This document shows positions 1-9,158 of a stretch of DNA of 27,437 bases, one piece after another. The notes under the pieces are model-generated. The model searched no databases. It saw only the letters and a program-made list of their open reading frames with translations, and was not told the DNA's origin. Position numbers and translations under genes: made by a program. The stretch lies in the IMG/VR virus record IMGVR_UViG_3300020045_002449, positions 1 to 27,437 of that record; one strand, given 5' to 3'. The DNA is from a virus. Lineage: Duplodnaviria; Caudoviricetes. Positions within the stretch are counted from its first letter, which is position 1; each line of letters begins with the position of its first letter.

Positions 1-2
1 AC

Positions 3-3000
3 TTTGGCTTGGGTGCTTATAAGGCCCCCTCTGTTGAAGGGCAACAAGTTGGTGAGAAGTTGGGTGAGGCTTTTGCTATGCCCGGAGAATTGGCTGGTAA
101 AGCTGGAGCCTTGATTGGACCCAAGTCTGAGTTTGCTGCTAAAGCTCTGACAGATATGGGAATGAACTTCTTGCCTTTGCATGGTGTGAAGAAGGCGGGT
201 ATGTCTCTCACTAAGGAAGCTTTGAGTGTCCCTAAAGAAGCTCCTAAGCCTGCCACAGCCCTTGAGGGTATTAAAGCTGAGTTGAACGCTGCTGAACCTC
301 CTAGTAACATCCAACCCCCTTCTACTGCACCAGTAGGCGATGCCTTCTCTCAGATGCGTCAGCAATTGGGAGGTGGTGAACCAACTACTACTGCTGGAGG
401 TATTCGTACTCCTATGCGCGATGTTGCACAAGGTTTACTAGAACGTGACCGCCTTGCAGCAGAAGCTTTAGATGAGCAACGTACTCGTGAGCAAGGTGTA
501 AATCAAGCTAATGAGCAGGTGGCTAGTCAAGAAAAAGCAGAGGCTGCTCAGTCTGTTTTGGATCAACGTAAAGCAATTGCAGAGCAGGATATGCAAACTG
601 GGGTGACTCGTGCCCAAACAGTTGCAGAACGCTCTAGACAAGAGAACGCACCCATCTATTCCCCTGAACATCTTAAGATGATTGAGGAGCAGGCAAAGCA
701 TGAGGCTACTGTCAAAACTGAAGCACTGCACCAACAGGAGTTGGTAAAAGCCCACGAAGAGGCTCTTGCAGAGAAACAACGTATAGATGCAGCTCAGGCT
801 GCCGTAGAAGAACGTCAGAAGGCCCTAGAACGCTCTGTAGAGGCTGCAGGTGATGCAGCTAAGGCTAGGACAGCCTTGAATGAACAGGCAGGCGTACGAG
901 CCGATCTAGAGAAGCGTAGTCCATTCTCTAAAGCTTATAAAGCTGAGCAAGCTGCTAAGGTAGCTGAGGAAGCTCAACGTAAACAAGTAGCAGACGTTAA
1001 AGCTCGTAGAGCTGATAATGAAGCGTTAATTCAACGTCTTCGTGATGAGCATACAACGAGTCAAGAGCGTTCCGCTAAAGCCCAAACTGTCCTTGATCAA
1101 CGTACTGAACAACAAAGACTTGAGACACAGAAACAAACTACCCTAGACTTCAATGCTGCAGAACGGGCTAGACAGGAGGCTGGAACAATTCCCCCTGCTA
1201 TTGGTCCACTGAAACCGGCACCATTGGGTTCTAAGGCGAGGGCTGCTGCAATGCGTGGAAAAAAGTCTCAAAGGGGCGGTATTCTCGTAAACTGGGGTTC
1301 TAAGAACACTGGTGTTAAGGGTCCCGTTGGCGACATTCTTAAAGACATTGGCAATGCCCTAATCAAAACCCCAGAAGAAGCAATTAAGTTTGCTCAAGGG
1401 GCTAAGGACGTTGCACAGAATACTTTGCAGAAAGGTATCAATGTCTTGACAAAGGGTGGTACCTACCTCAAGGGTAAGGTTAATCATCCCGTTGTCCACT
1501 TCACAGTAGATCGTTTGCTTGGTGCTGATAACTTGGCTAAGGCAGAAATCTCTGAGAAGTTGCATGGTGAGTATCTTCCTGCCCTCCGTGAGTTGTCTGA
1601 TCAACAGCGTCTTGACGCCTTTGAGTTACTCAACACTGCTGACTTGAACAAGAAGGTTTTGACCCAACAGTTGATGGAGAAGCATGGAGTTGATCCTAAG
1701 ACAATTGGTTTCATCTTGACTCATCAGAAGATGATGGGGGATGCTCTTGCTAAGATTAACAAAGCGCGTGAAGCGGTTGGTAAAAAACCCATTGAAGCTC
1801 GTGAAGCCTATTCGGCTATGTCTACTTCTGGTGACTACCGTAAGGTGGCTTACAAGATGGTTGATGGTGAGCGCCGTGTAGTTGGTGTGATTAGCTCTGA
1901 CACACGCAATGCTAAGTTTGGTGGTAGTTTGGACAAGATTCAAACTGAGATGCTCAAGCGTGACCCTGACTTGCAGTTTGGTCCTTTGCAGGATATGACT
2001 CAACGTAAGAGTGCTGCCGCTGGTACACCCCATGAAGCTTTCCAGAATGCTTTGGAAACTCTTGGTGAAAGTGATCCACATATCCAATCCTTCCTTGACA
2101 CCTTGAAAGAGGTGGCTAAGGATGATGCTAAGAACTACTTGGGTATGCAAACACACACTATGCAGAAGAAGGGTGTTTGGGGTATGGAAGGACGTAAGCA
2201 ATGGCTAAGTCCTGCTGAAAACATGAAGGCATTCTTTGAGAACCAAGTAAACTACTTGGAAGGTTCTTTCCGCTGGAGCCACCTTGCAGAAGCTGCCAAG
2301 GATGTTAACACTGTGTTGCGAGACAAGAGTGTTATTGATAAGCATGGTAATGCCATTAAGCTGTCTGAGACGTATATGCAGAATGCTTTGGGACTTAATC
2401 CTAGTCGAGTAGGTCGTGCCATTGAAAATGCTTTTAACTCAATCTTTAGTTCGGATATGATGGATCGTGCTGGTATCAGTCCGTCCCGTGTACGAGAAGG
2501 TTTGGGCTATACCAAGATGGGTGTTAACACAGCTATGCTGTCACTCAATGAATCATTCCTAGCCCTCCAATTGATACAGGGCAGTACTGCTATGCCTGCT
2601 ATGTCTGCACTACTGCGTGGACGTGGTTTAGCCCCTTCTAGGACCATCCTGACGGGTGGTTTGGACGCTCTGGCGAAAGGTGGTATTACTTATATGAAAG
2701 AGTGGAGAGGGGATGTCGCGGGTCTATCAGCAATTGAAAAGGGTGCTTTGAAGTTTGCTAAAGACCACCACGTTTATTCAACTGACATGGTGGAACATAC
2801 TAATCAAATCAGTAAAGGTAAAGCATATTACGGAACAAAGATTAGTCAAGCTCCTGCTGCTAAAATTGAAACAGCTACTCGTGCCCAAGTGTTCCTAGCT
2901 TTTGTTCACATGATGGATGAGAGTGGTCTTAAGCCTGCTGATGGTTTGTATGAACAAGCTCATCGCATGACAGACATGGCCATGAACAACTACGGGGCAA

Positions 3001-3962
3001 TCGAAAAGCCTGCTATCTACAATGCGCTGGGTCCAATTGGTTCTATGGCATATAACTTGAAGAGTTATGGACATAACGAAATTAGCCGTTGGTCTATGTA
3101 TGCTCGTGAAGCAAAGAACAATAGTAATTACGTTCCCTTGCTGACTCAAATGGCAACTACCATTGCGGTAGCCGGAGTGATGGGATTACCCTTCTACTCT
3201 CAGTGGGAAAGTCTCTATGATACAATTACGGCTAAGCTAGGTGAACCTCGTTCACTCACTCTTGACGTAATGGAAGTTTCTAAAAAGATGGGTGAGCAAA
3301 TCCCACAACTGGGGGAGTTTACTCTGTCTCATGGAACACCAGCTATGTTGGGTATGGATGTATCCAAACGTGTCGGTCTAGGGGATGTCCTTGGTAGCAA
3401 GGTATCTGATGTGGCGTTTGCTGGGGGTAGTAAAGGTGTGGATATGTTTGCTAAACTTGGGGGAGCAATCGCTAATCCAGACGAAGCACATACTAAGGCA
3501 GCAGCTCTTGCTTGGATGCCTCCAATTATACAATCGGTCTACAAAGAGAAGTGGTACACAAAGGATGGTTTGGCTTACACAATGGACCCAGACAAGCCTC
3601 CCACAGCTACTGCTGAGTTGAATGATCGTGACATCCTGTTGAAAAAGCTTGGTATCTCTGGAATTAATGAGAGTAGTCAAAAGGAGAAGTACTTCCAACA
3701 GAACAAGGTTGAGAAAGCTTACAATGAAATCAAGCAAAAGGGCTTGACCATTGCTGCACAAGACTTGTTCCATGGTAAGGACATCTCTGAACGAGCTATG
3801 AAATTGTTCCTTAGAGGTCAGGGTGATCCTACTCAGTTGCAACAGAACATCATGGACATGGGAATTAAACAAGGTATGACGCAAGAGCAGTTGAAGATTC
3901 TTAAGGACTCTTCTTCACGTTCTATTACTAAGATGTATGACCTAGAAAGACGTACTCAATGA
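3..3962 (+). CDS. Large virion structural / internal (ejection-type) protein, 5'-truncated by the window edge
   Basis: Frame is open to the window edge and exceeds 1317 aa. It has an Ala/Glu/Gln-rich coiled-coil N-half and a helical C-half. It is the last large gene before the endolysin, a position typical of podovirus internal virion proteins. Function is inferred from position and composition only. Confidence 0.6.
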   Translation, partial: FGLGAYKAPSVEGQQVGEKLGEAFAMPGELAGKAGALIGPKSEFAAKALTDMGMNFLPLHGVKKAGMSLTKEALSVPKEAPKPATALEGIKAELNAAEPPSNIQPPSTAPVGDAFSQMRQQLGGGEPTTTAGGIRTPMRDVAQGLLERDRLAAEALDEQRTREQGVNQANEQVASQEKAEAAQSVLDQRKAIAEQDMQTGVTRAQTVAERSRQENAPIYSPEHLKMIEEQAKHEATVKTEALHQQELVKAHEEALAEKQRIDAAQAAVEERQKALERSVEAAGDAAKARTALNEQAGVRADLEKRSPFSKAYKAEQAAKVAEEAQRKQVADVKARRADNEALIQRLRDEHTTSQERSAKAQTVLDQRTEQQRLETQKQTTLDFNAAERARQEAGTIPPAIGPLKPAPLGSKARAAAMRGKKSQRGGILVNWGSKNTGVKGPVGDILKDIGNALIKTPEEAIKFAQGAKDVAQNTLQKGINVLTKGGTYLKGKVNHPVVHFTVDRLLGADNLAKAEISEKLHGEYLPALRELSDQQRLDAFELLNTADLNKKVLTQQLMEKHGVDPKTIGFILTHQKMMGDALAKINKAREAVGKKPIEAREAYSAMSTSGDYRKVAYKMVDGERRVVGVISSDTRNAKFGGSLDKIQTEMLKRDPDLQFGPLQDMTQRKSAAAGTPHEAFQNALETLGESDPHIQSFLDTLKEVAKDDAKNYLGMQTHTMQKKGVWGMEGRKQWLSPAENMKAFFENQVNYLEGSFRWSHLAEAAKDVNTVLRDKSVIDKHGNAIKLSETYMQNALGLNPSRVGRAIENAFNSIFSSDMMDRAGISPSRVREGLGYTKMGVNTAMLSLNESFLALQLIQGSTAMPAMSALLRGRGLAPSRTILTGGLDALAKGGITYMKEWRGDVAGLSAIEKGALKFAKDHHVYSTDMVEHTNQISKGKAYYGTKISQAPAAKIETATRAQVFLAFVHMMDESGLKPADGLYEQAHRMTDMAMNNYGAIEKPAIYNALGPIGSMAYNLKSYGHNEISRWSMYAREAKNNSNYVPLLTQMATTIAVAGVMGLPFYSQWESLYDTITAKLGEPRSLTLDVMEVSKKMGEQIPQLGEFTLSHGTPAMLGMDVSKRVGLGDVLGSKVSDVAFAGGSKGVDMFAKLGGAIANPDEAHTKAAALAWMPPIIQSVYKEKWYTKDGLAYTMDPDKPPTATAELNDRDILLKKLGISGINESSQKEKYFQQNKVEKAYNEIKQKGLTIAAQDLFHGKDISERAMKLFLRGQGDPTQLQQNIMDMGIKQGMTQEQLKILKDSSSRSITKMYDLERRTQ

Positions 3963-4372
3963 AAACAAGTGACAAGGGTCTTGCGGCCCTTAGCCTACGT
4001 GAAGGCTCTCGTAACAAGGCATACCTAGACACCAAAGGAATCCCCACTATTGGAGTGGGGCACACTGGTCCTGAGGTTAAGCTAGGTCTTGTCTGGACTA
4101 ATCAACAGATACAAGATACACTCCGCAAGGATGTATCTATTGCTGAACGGTGTGTAGACTCAACAGTTAAGGTTGAGTTGACACAGAACCAGTATGATGC
4201 TTTGGTTAGTTTCATCTTCAATGTAGGTGTTGGTGCTTTTACAAAGAGTACAATGCTTAAGAAGATCAATAACAAAGACTTTGCTGGAGCAGCCCTTCAG
4301 TTTGATAGATGGCACATTCCCGTAGAAATCACATCCCGCCGTAACTCTGAAAAGACCCAGTTCTGTTCATAA
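3959..4372 (+). CDS. Endolysin, phage lysozyme (GH24)
   Basis: Catalytic E-x8-D-x5-T pattern (EGSRNKAYLDTKGIPTIGVGHT), plus LTQNQYDALVSFIFNVG and C-terminal RRxxE. ATGA overlap with the upstream gene. Confidence 0.93.
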   Translation: MKTSDKGLAALSLREGSRNKAYLDTKGIPTIGVGHTGPEVKLGLVWTNQQIQDTLRKDVSIAERCVDSTVKVELTQNQYDALVSFIFNVGVGAFTKSTMLKKINNKDFAGAALQFDRWHIPVEITSRRNSEKTQFCS

Positions 4373-4384
4373 AAGTACAGACGT

Positions 4385-4427
4385 AAAAAAGCCCCCATAT
4401 CCATCACAGGACTGGGGGCTTTCTTTT
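4385..4427. terminator. Bidirectional rho-independent terminator
   Basis: AAAAAAGCCCCCA-15 nt-TGGGGGCTTTCTTTT: GC stem with an A-tract on the left and a T-tract on the right, lying between the convergent arms. Confidence 0.88.
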
Positions 4428-4429
4428 GT

Positions 4430-4573
4430 CTACTCGTTAAAGTTTTTGTAGAAGCATACTCGGATGCACAAGAAGTGCACTGCAATCATCCAATCAAAGT
4501 CATCTTCTTCATAACCAGAGACATGCTCTAGTCCAAAGGCAAGGCCATTAAATAGTTCTGCGATAATTGTCAT
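4430..4573 (-). CDS. Small hypothetical protein (47 aa, MTIIAELFNGLAFGLEHVSG...)
   Basis: Read by hand, below the ORF-track cutoff. ATGA overlap with the upstream 22-aa ORF; ends just before the terminator. Confidence 0.6.
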   Translation of the reverse strand: MTIIAELFNGLAFGLEHVSGYEEDDFDWMIAVHFLCIRVCFYKNFNE

Positions 4574-4638
4574 ACCGCGTCCAGCACACGGTCAAACCAA
4601 TCCGCTTCATTAAACAACTTCCATTCTTCTTCTGTCAT
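4570..4638 (-). CDS. Small acidic peptide (22 aa, MTEEEWKLFNEADWFDRVLDAV)
   Basis: SD-like AAAGGA upstream of ATG, directly after the nrdJ stop; coupled to the next ORF. Confidence 0.5.
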   Translation of the reverse strand: MTEEEWKLFNEADWFDRVLDAV

Positions 4639-4651
4639 TTTATTCCTTTAA

Positions 4652-6286
4652 TTAAGCACCACAGGTTCCACCACCTGTAAGTGAGCACACATCAACTTCA
4701 TCGTAAACCATGTCCTTATGAGACATGGCCTCTTCGTAAGGAACTGCTGTCAAGGGTTGACCTCCTCGACTTCCATCTGGATAAGCCGTAAATCCACGAA
4801 GTCGAGTAGCATACTTTGCAAGAGTGGCTGTAAATGCTCCAACCGTCTTTGGATTATTGTTAGTGGTTCCCCATGCTGGGAGATTGATGGTACTAGAGAT
4901 AGATTGGTCAACGTAATCTTGTATGTCGGCTTGGAAGGCAATACGCTTTTCATAATTTTCTGCTAGGTCTAGGGCTGACTCAATGGCGTCTGGTTTGACT
5001 CCATACTTGTCAATGAGGAGGGCGGCAGTTCCGTCAACGACATACTGGTATTTCCACTTGGTTCCTTCCGTAAGAAAACGTCGTTTATAAGCAACTGCAA
5101 AGAGAGGCTCAATCCCAGTAGTTGTCCCAGCAAGGATTCCGATACTGCCTGTCGGGGCAATTGCTCGATATGCAACTGGGCGTCCAATATAGAAGCGGTC
5201 ACAATGTTCATCTGCTGCTCGTTTAGATTCATCTTTGTATACCTGTAGCCATTCATGTAGTTCTGGAGTTACTTCGTAGCCATATCCGCGCTTGAGGAGC
5301 CACTCGTGAATTCCCATGAGTCCCAAACCAAGTCGTCGATTCTTTGCCCTAACCTGATACACTTTATCGTAAGGAAGATCAGCACGAAGGGTACCACATA
5401 CAAGAAACTTAGACCCAAGTTCGACAACTCGCTGTAGTTGCTCAATAGAATCGATGTTGGCAAGATTAACAGAACCAAGGTTACAAACATCAGAGTCATC
5501 TTCTGACGTAACTTCCGTACAAGCGTTGCGTAGTGTCTCATTCTGTTTGTCTCCAAAGTTAAAGCTGAATCCCGGTTCAGCAGTTTCCATAGCTTGACGA
5601 ACATTCTTCTTAAACACCTCGTTGTTTTCCAAACCACCAACCAATGCTGCGTCATCGTAGTTGACAGAGATGTTGGTCATGTCCAGAGGACCGGGGAAAT
5701 TGAAGTCCTTGAGTTTCTGTTCTTTGACTACATCTGACCAGTTCTTGACAGAGAGGAATTGATTGATGTCTTCGTGTTGCCAGTTGAGGCTGGCGTAGAT
5801 AGCCGAACGGCGTGAACCGCCTTGCATAACATTTCGTCCAATCTCGTTGATTGCTGACATGAGAGGAATCGGCCCCGAAGCTGTACCACCAGTTCGCCCA
5901 AGAGCTTTTCCAGATGCTCGAAGTCGTGAGTAATCAATTCCAATTCCTCCACCAGTCATTAGACAGGACATTGCTCGCCATGTTACGTTGCTCCATTCTT
6001 CTCGGGTATCTTCCTCGGCTCGCAAGAGATAACAATTATTGTACGCCTTGTAGGGTCGTCCAGCGTAATACAAGTAACGTCCTCCGGGCATAAACCGCAT
6101 GGCCTTAATATGTTCTGTAAGTTCTCGTCGATCCGAATCAGACATAAGGATGGGAATTGTCCCACCACGACTTCCACAGACATCCTCCACCAGTCGTTCC
6201 GAGAGTTTAGCCCAAGTGTCTCCCGGGCCTTGTGCGTACTTAAAGCGGAATACATTCTCTGCAAAGCTATTACGGAATTCACTCAT
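4652..6286 (-). CDS. nrdJ: Class II (adenosylcobalamin-dependent) ribonucleotide reductase, compact form
   Basis: Motifs PGGRY, NNCY, GGGIG, RRSA, EPGF, NACTE, CNLGS, APTGS, GIEP, DQSISST and a C-terminal Cys pair. RGFTAY occurs where class Ia has the YY radical-transfer pair. No NrdB in the window. Confidence 0.88.
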   Translation of the reverse strand: MSEFRNSFAENVFRFKYAQGPGDTWAKLSERLVEDVCGSRGGTIPILMSDSDRRELTEHIKAMRFMPGGRYLYYAGRPYKAYNNCYLLRAEEDTREEWSNVTWRAMSCLMTGGGIGIDYSRLRASGKALGRTGGTASGPIPLMSAINEIGRNVMQGGSRRSAIYASLNWQHEDINQFLSVKNWSDVVKEQKLKDFNFPGPLDMTNISVNYDDAALVGGLENNEVFKKNVRQAMETAEPGFSFNFGDKQNETLRNACTEVTSEDDSDVCNLGSVNLANIDSIEQLQRVVELGSKFLVCGTLRADLPYDKVYQVRAKNRRLGLGLMGIHEWLLKRGYGYEVTPELHEWLQVYKDESKRAADEHCDRFYIGRPVAYRAIAPTGSIGILAGTTTGIEPLFAVAYKRRFLTEGTKWKYQYVVDGTAALLIDKYGVKPDAIESALDLAENYEKRIAFQADIQDYVDQSISSTINLPAWGTTNNNPKTVGAFTATLAKYATRLRGFTAYPDGSRGGQPLTAVPYEEAMSHKDMVYDEVDVCSLTGGGTCGA

Positions 6287-6487
6287 TTACAATTTACCTA
6301 TTTTAATTTTTGGTTGCACAATACCTTCTTCTAGAAGGACTGCTTTCTTACGACGATCTTCTGCAAGCATACAAGGTTCACATTTACCTTTACGCATCCA
6401 AGCATTATGTATCGGGCATTTGACTCGACTGGTTATAATCGGAGTCATTCTCTGGGTACTCCGTGGGTAGGTGTTCAAATCGTCCAA
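6287..6487 (-). CDS. Small hypothetical protein with CxxH/CxxC motif (start may be ATG at 6448)
   Basis: CPIH...CEPC possible Zn site; abuts the nrdJ start. Confidence 0.5.
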   Translation of the reverse strand: MDDLNTYPRSTQRMTPIITSRVKCPIHNAWMRKGKCEPCMLAEDRRKKAVLLEEGIVQPKIKIGKL

Positions 6488-6596
6488 TTTCTTCCTTAGC
6501 CTCTTGTTCTTGTTGCTTACGCACTAGGTACGTCTTCTTGTAATGCTGCTCAGTCACAGGCATCCAAGAGTTCTTGTCGGTATTCTTCACATTCAT
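6405..6596 (-). CDS. Small hypothetical protein (63 aa)
   Basis: Charged helical core (KKTYLVRKQQEQEAKEEI); lies in a tightly packed operon. Confidence 0.55.
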   Translation of the reverse strand: MNVKNTDKNSWMPVTEQHYKKTYLVRKQQEQEAKEEIGRFEHLPTEYPENDSDYNQSSQMPDT

Positions 6597-6699
6597 CTTC
6601 CAGTTTTTCTAGTAGATCAGATAGGTCATAACCAATGATGTCAAGGAATTCTGTTACATCTAGTTTAGCAGCAATTAGTAGTTTTAGTTCAGTATTCAT
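6550..6699 (-). CDS. Small acidic hypothetical protein (49 aa, MNTELKLLIAAKLDVTEFLDIIG...)
   Basis: Read by hand; fills the gap after the mazG stop with a normal amphipathic sequence. Confidence 0.65.
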   Translation of the reverse strand: MNTELKLLIAAKLDVTEFLDIIGYDLSDLLEKLEDECEEYRQELLDACD

Positions 6700-6707
6700 G
6701 GTTAGTT

Positions 6708-7034
6708 TTATCGCTCATCACCCGACCCACGCAAGACACCACGATCTTTACGATCACTCAGTTTAACCAAATTCACTTGAGCAACATCCACAAGAGAATA
6801 GCCAAGCTCATTAGCTGAGCGAGTAAGATACCATAGCACATCACCCAGTTCTTTAAGGGCAAGGGGTTTGTCAAGTCCACCATCTCGGATGAGTTTCTTA
6901 ACTTTCTCAGAATATTCGCCAGCCTCACCTCCCAAACCCAAAGCACAATATGCAAGCGCCATGGGAGTTCCCTGACCTGATTCAGGGTAGATTGCAAACT
7001 CATTAATAGCTTGTTCATAATCATTTAGATTCAC
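6708..7034 (-). CDS. mazG: MazG-like nucleoside triphosphate pyrophosphohydrolase
   Basis: LGLGGEAGEYSEKVKK...KELGDVLWY...N..KL..R, and C-terminal GSGDER. Likely GTG start at 7034 (the track extends it to 7091). Confidence 0.88.
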   Translation of the reverse strand: MNLNDYEQAINEFAIYPESGQGTPMALAYCALGLGGEAGEYSEKVKKLIRDGGLDKPLALKELGDVLWYLTRSANELGYSLVDVAQVNLVKLSDRKDRGVLRGSGDER

Positions 7035-7227
7035 GTTTAATAATCTCTCGGTTGATGTAGAAGATTGCTTTTTGCATGTCTTCAATTGCATTGTTCTTCA
7101 AGTCAGCTCGCCATATGTACTTGAGAGCATTGCCTAGGTTAAACCCCATATGCTCTGTAATCTGGATACATTCCACACCACTCGGGTGACTTGTATAATG
7201 TTTAGGGTGATTTACTACGTCATTCAT
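7021..7227 (-). CDS. DUF3310 family protein (T7 gp1.7-like nucleotide kinase domain)
   Basis: DVVNHPKHY...ECI...GNALKYIWR...K...ED..KA..Y signature. Confidence 0.88.
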   Translation of the reverse strand: MNDVVNHPKHYTSHPSGVECIQITEHMGFNLGNALKYIWRADLKNNAIEDMQKAIFYINREIIKRESK

Positions 7228-7858
7228 TTAGTACTTTCCATCCTACTGGAAACAAGGGATTAATAATTTCATCCATCATAACTGCAATGTCCTGCACCTC
7301 TTTCTGTGCATGTGGATCAATACGTAACTTGTAAACACGAGAGAATGCAGCAAGAGAACCTGTCCAGATAAACTCAGTCATCATGTTTTGAGGCAAGATC
7401 ATACGAGCTTGTTCAGGAGCAGTCCCAAGTTTAATCAAATCATCGTACATCAAAAGAGCAATGTTTACACAGCCTTGTGGAGAGTTGGGGAGGGTGTTAA
7501 TATCTACTTCTCCCAAACTACCTTGCTTGGCATTGACCGGTTTCCCACGCCAAACGTCTGGAAAGAAGAACTCAGGCTCATCATCTACATACCGACGAGA
7601 CACCTCATTCCAGACCAAACCAACTTGATGCTTACCCAATTGTCGAGCAACAAACAGCGGGCATTTAATTCTCAAAGAGATGCTGTTGTGTGCAAACGGA
7701 GTCCAATGGTTATGTTTAGCTAGATACTTTAGAAGTTTCTCATCTTGTTCTGTAAACTCTATTGCTACTTTATGAAAGGAAACACGGGCAGCATTGACAA
7801 TGGATAGGTCACTGCCCATGTGGTCACAGTATTCAACTTTCTGAGGAACTATTTTCAT
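7220..7858 (-). CDS. thyX: Flavin-dependent thymidylate synthase
   Basis: VNAARVS, HWTPF, PLFVARQLGKH, NEVSRRY, EQARMILP and HAQKEV motifs. Confidence 0.93.
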   Translation of the reverse strand: MKIVPQKVEYCDHMGSDLSIVNAARVSFHKVAIEFTEQDEKLLKYLAKHNHWTPFAHNSISLRIKCPLFVARQLGKHQVGLVWNEVSRRYVDDEPEFFFPDVWRGKPVNAKQGSLGEVDINTLPNSPQGCVNIALLMYDDLIKLGTAPEQARMILPQNMMTEFIWTGSLAAFSRVYKLRIDPHAQKEVQDIAVMMDEIINPLFPVGWKVLNE

Positions 7859-8631
7859 GAGTACCGTTTGTTAATGTAATCTAAGGAAACAGTCATCAGG
7901 TCAAACTCACCATCATGAACATCATGGCACATCAAGAATCCACGCCAATGTTTGTTACCTTGACTGGACATATAATCCTCTGAATGCTCATAACAGGAGC
8001 CTGCAATTACAGCAGTTAGTCGTGAGCCGTCGGCCTTATATGAGGTAGCAATTTGCAAACCTTGCTGGTGACCTTGGATACAAGGCATATGCTTCTTTGT
8101 AAGACATGCGGAAGCAGTAGTGACAGGACGGCCCATAAGCCCGGTGGTAAAGAAATGAGAATAAGCAATGCCATCAATAACAGTAACGTCAAGAAATGGT
8201 ATAACTTTCCAGCCATATTCTTTGTAGCCCAGATCATCGACAGACAACAGTCCTTCAAGTTTAGGATCATCATTAACTGCCCGGTTGATTCGATTCTCAT
8301 GGTTACCAAGCAGCATTGTCATGTCTGGGTTATACTGCTTCTCCTTGTTACGCTTGGCCTTGGCATTGAACTCCCACAAGGGGGTAAGAAGGGCATCCAT
8401 GGCGTCTTTGGACGCTTCAATGTCCTTAGTGTAACGTCTACCCTCAAAAGCTTTCTTACCTACGTCATAGGAGCTTAGAGAAGGCATGTCTGCAAAGTCT
8501 CCTAGACAAATCCATTTCTCAGGTTTCTTCTCTACTAGGTAGGTACCAATCTTTGTGAGGTACTTAAAGTCCACTCCAGATTTGGCTTGTACGTCAGGGA
8601 TAACAGCATGTTTAATGTTTTGTCTCCTCAC
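7855..8631 (-). CDS. Calcineurin-like metallophosphoesterase (true start may be ATT at 8616)
   Basis: IPDVQ, LGDFADM, GNHE, YSH and QGHQQ metal-binding motifs. Confidence 0.85.
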   Translation of the reverse strand: MRRQNIKHAVIPDVQAKSGVDFKYLTKIGTYLVEKKPEKWICLGDFADMPSLSSYDVGKKAFEGRRYTKDIEASKDAMDALLTPLWEFNAKAKRNKEKQYNPDMTMLLGNHENRINRAVNDDPKLEGLLSVDDLGYKEYGWKVIPFLDVTVIDGIAYSHFFTTGLMGRPVTTASACLTKKHMPCIQGHQQGLQIATSYKADGSRLTAVIAGSCYEHSEDYMSSQGNKHWRGFLMCHDVHDGEFDLMTVSLDYINKRYS

Positions 8632-8779
8632 CCGATTGGGCTACAATGGCTTGAATTGCTCCTTTAGACATAAGGGTAAGAAGCCCCACTTGTATAACAA
8701 TGTCTAGTTCTTTTCCAGAGATTTCACCTTGGAATTTAACAGTTCCTTCTGGGGTTTGGTATGATTCAGAGATTTGCAT
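8612..8779 (-). CDS. Small hypothetical protein (55 aa, MQISESYQTPEGTVKFQGEISG...)
   Basis: Read by hand; overlaps both neighbours and fills an otherwise empty gap. Confidence 0.7.
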   Translation of the reverse strand: MQISESYQTPEGTVKFQGEISGKELDIVIQVGLLTLMSKGAIQAIVAQSGEETKH

Positions 8780-9158
8780 TTTTCTTTTCTTGTTTTTCTA
8801 AATTGCTTTTGACTAGGTGACAGGGTTTGCAGAGCACTTGTAGATTATCTGCTTCACAGAACAACCGATCAATGAAGACATCCCACGACTGAAATCCCAC
8901 TTTGGGATCAACTACAGGATTGCGGTGATCTACTTCTACATCCTTTGCCGTGAACTCTGCTCCACAACAGGAGCACCTGAAGTGTTGAGCAAGGCGTCCT
9001 GTCTTGACATTAATCTTCTTCTCTGTCTTAGCGGCATTCAGTGTGCTATATTTAGGTTGCCATCGTCGGGCACCAGCCCTCAAGGTTGAGGTCACAAACC
9101 CATTGAAGCGGGCTTGTGTCCAAGTACCCGAGTTGTATGACTGTCTCTTAATGCCCAT
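8766..9158 (-). CDS. HNH-type Zn-binding endonuclease
   Basis: CSCC...EVDHRNP...NLQVLCKPCH; likely ATG at 9158. Composition is like the neighbouring genes, so it is probably a resident gene. Confidence 0.82.
   Translation of the reverse strand: MGIKRQSYNSGTWTQARFNGFVTSTLRAGARRWQPKYSTLNAAKTEKKINVKTGRLAQHFRCSCCGAEFTAKDVEVDHRNPVVDPKVGFQSWDVFIDRLFCEADNLQVLCKPCHLVKSNLEKQEKKNANL

Noticed and set aside
17-3884. Several minus-strand ORFs inside the large virion gene
   Set aside because: Antisense shadows with Leu/Ser/His-rich composition arising from codon bias.
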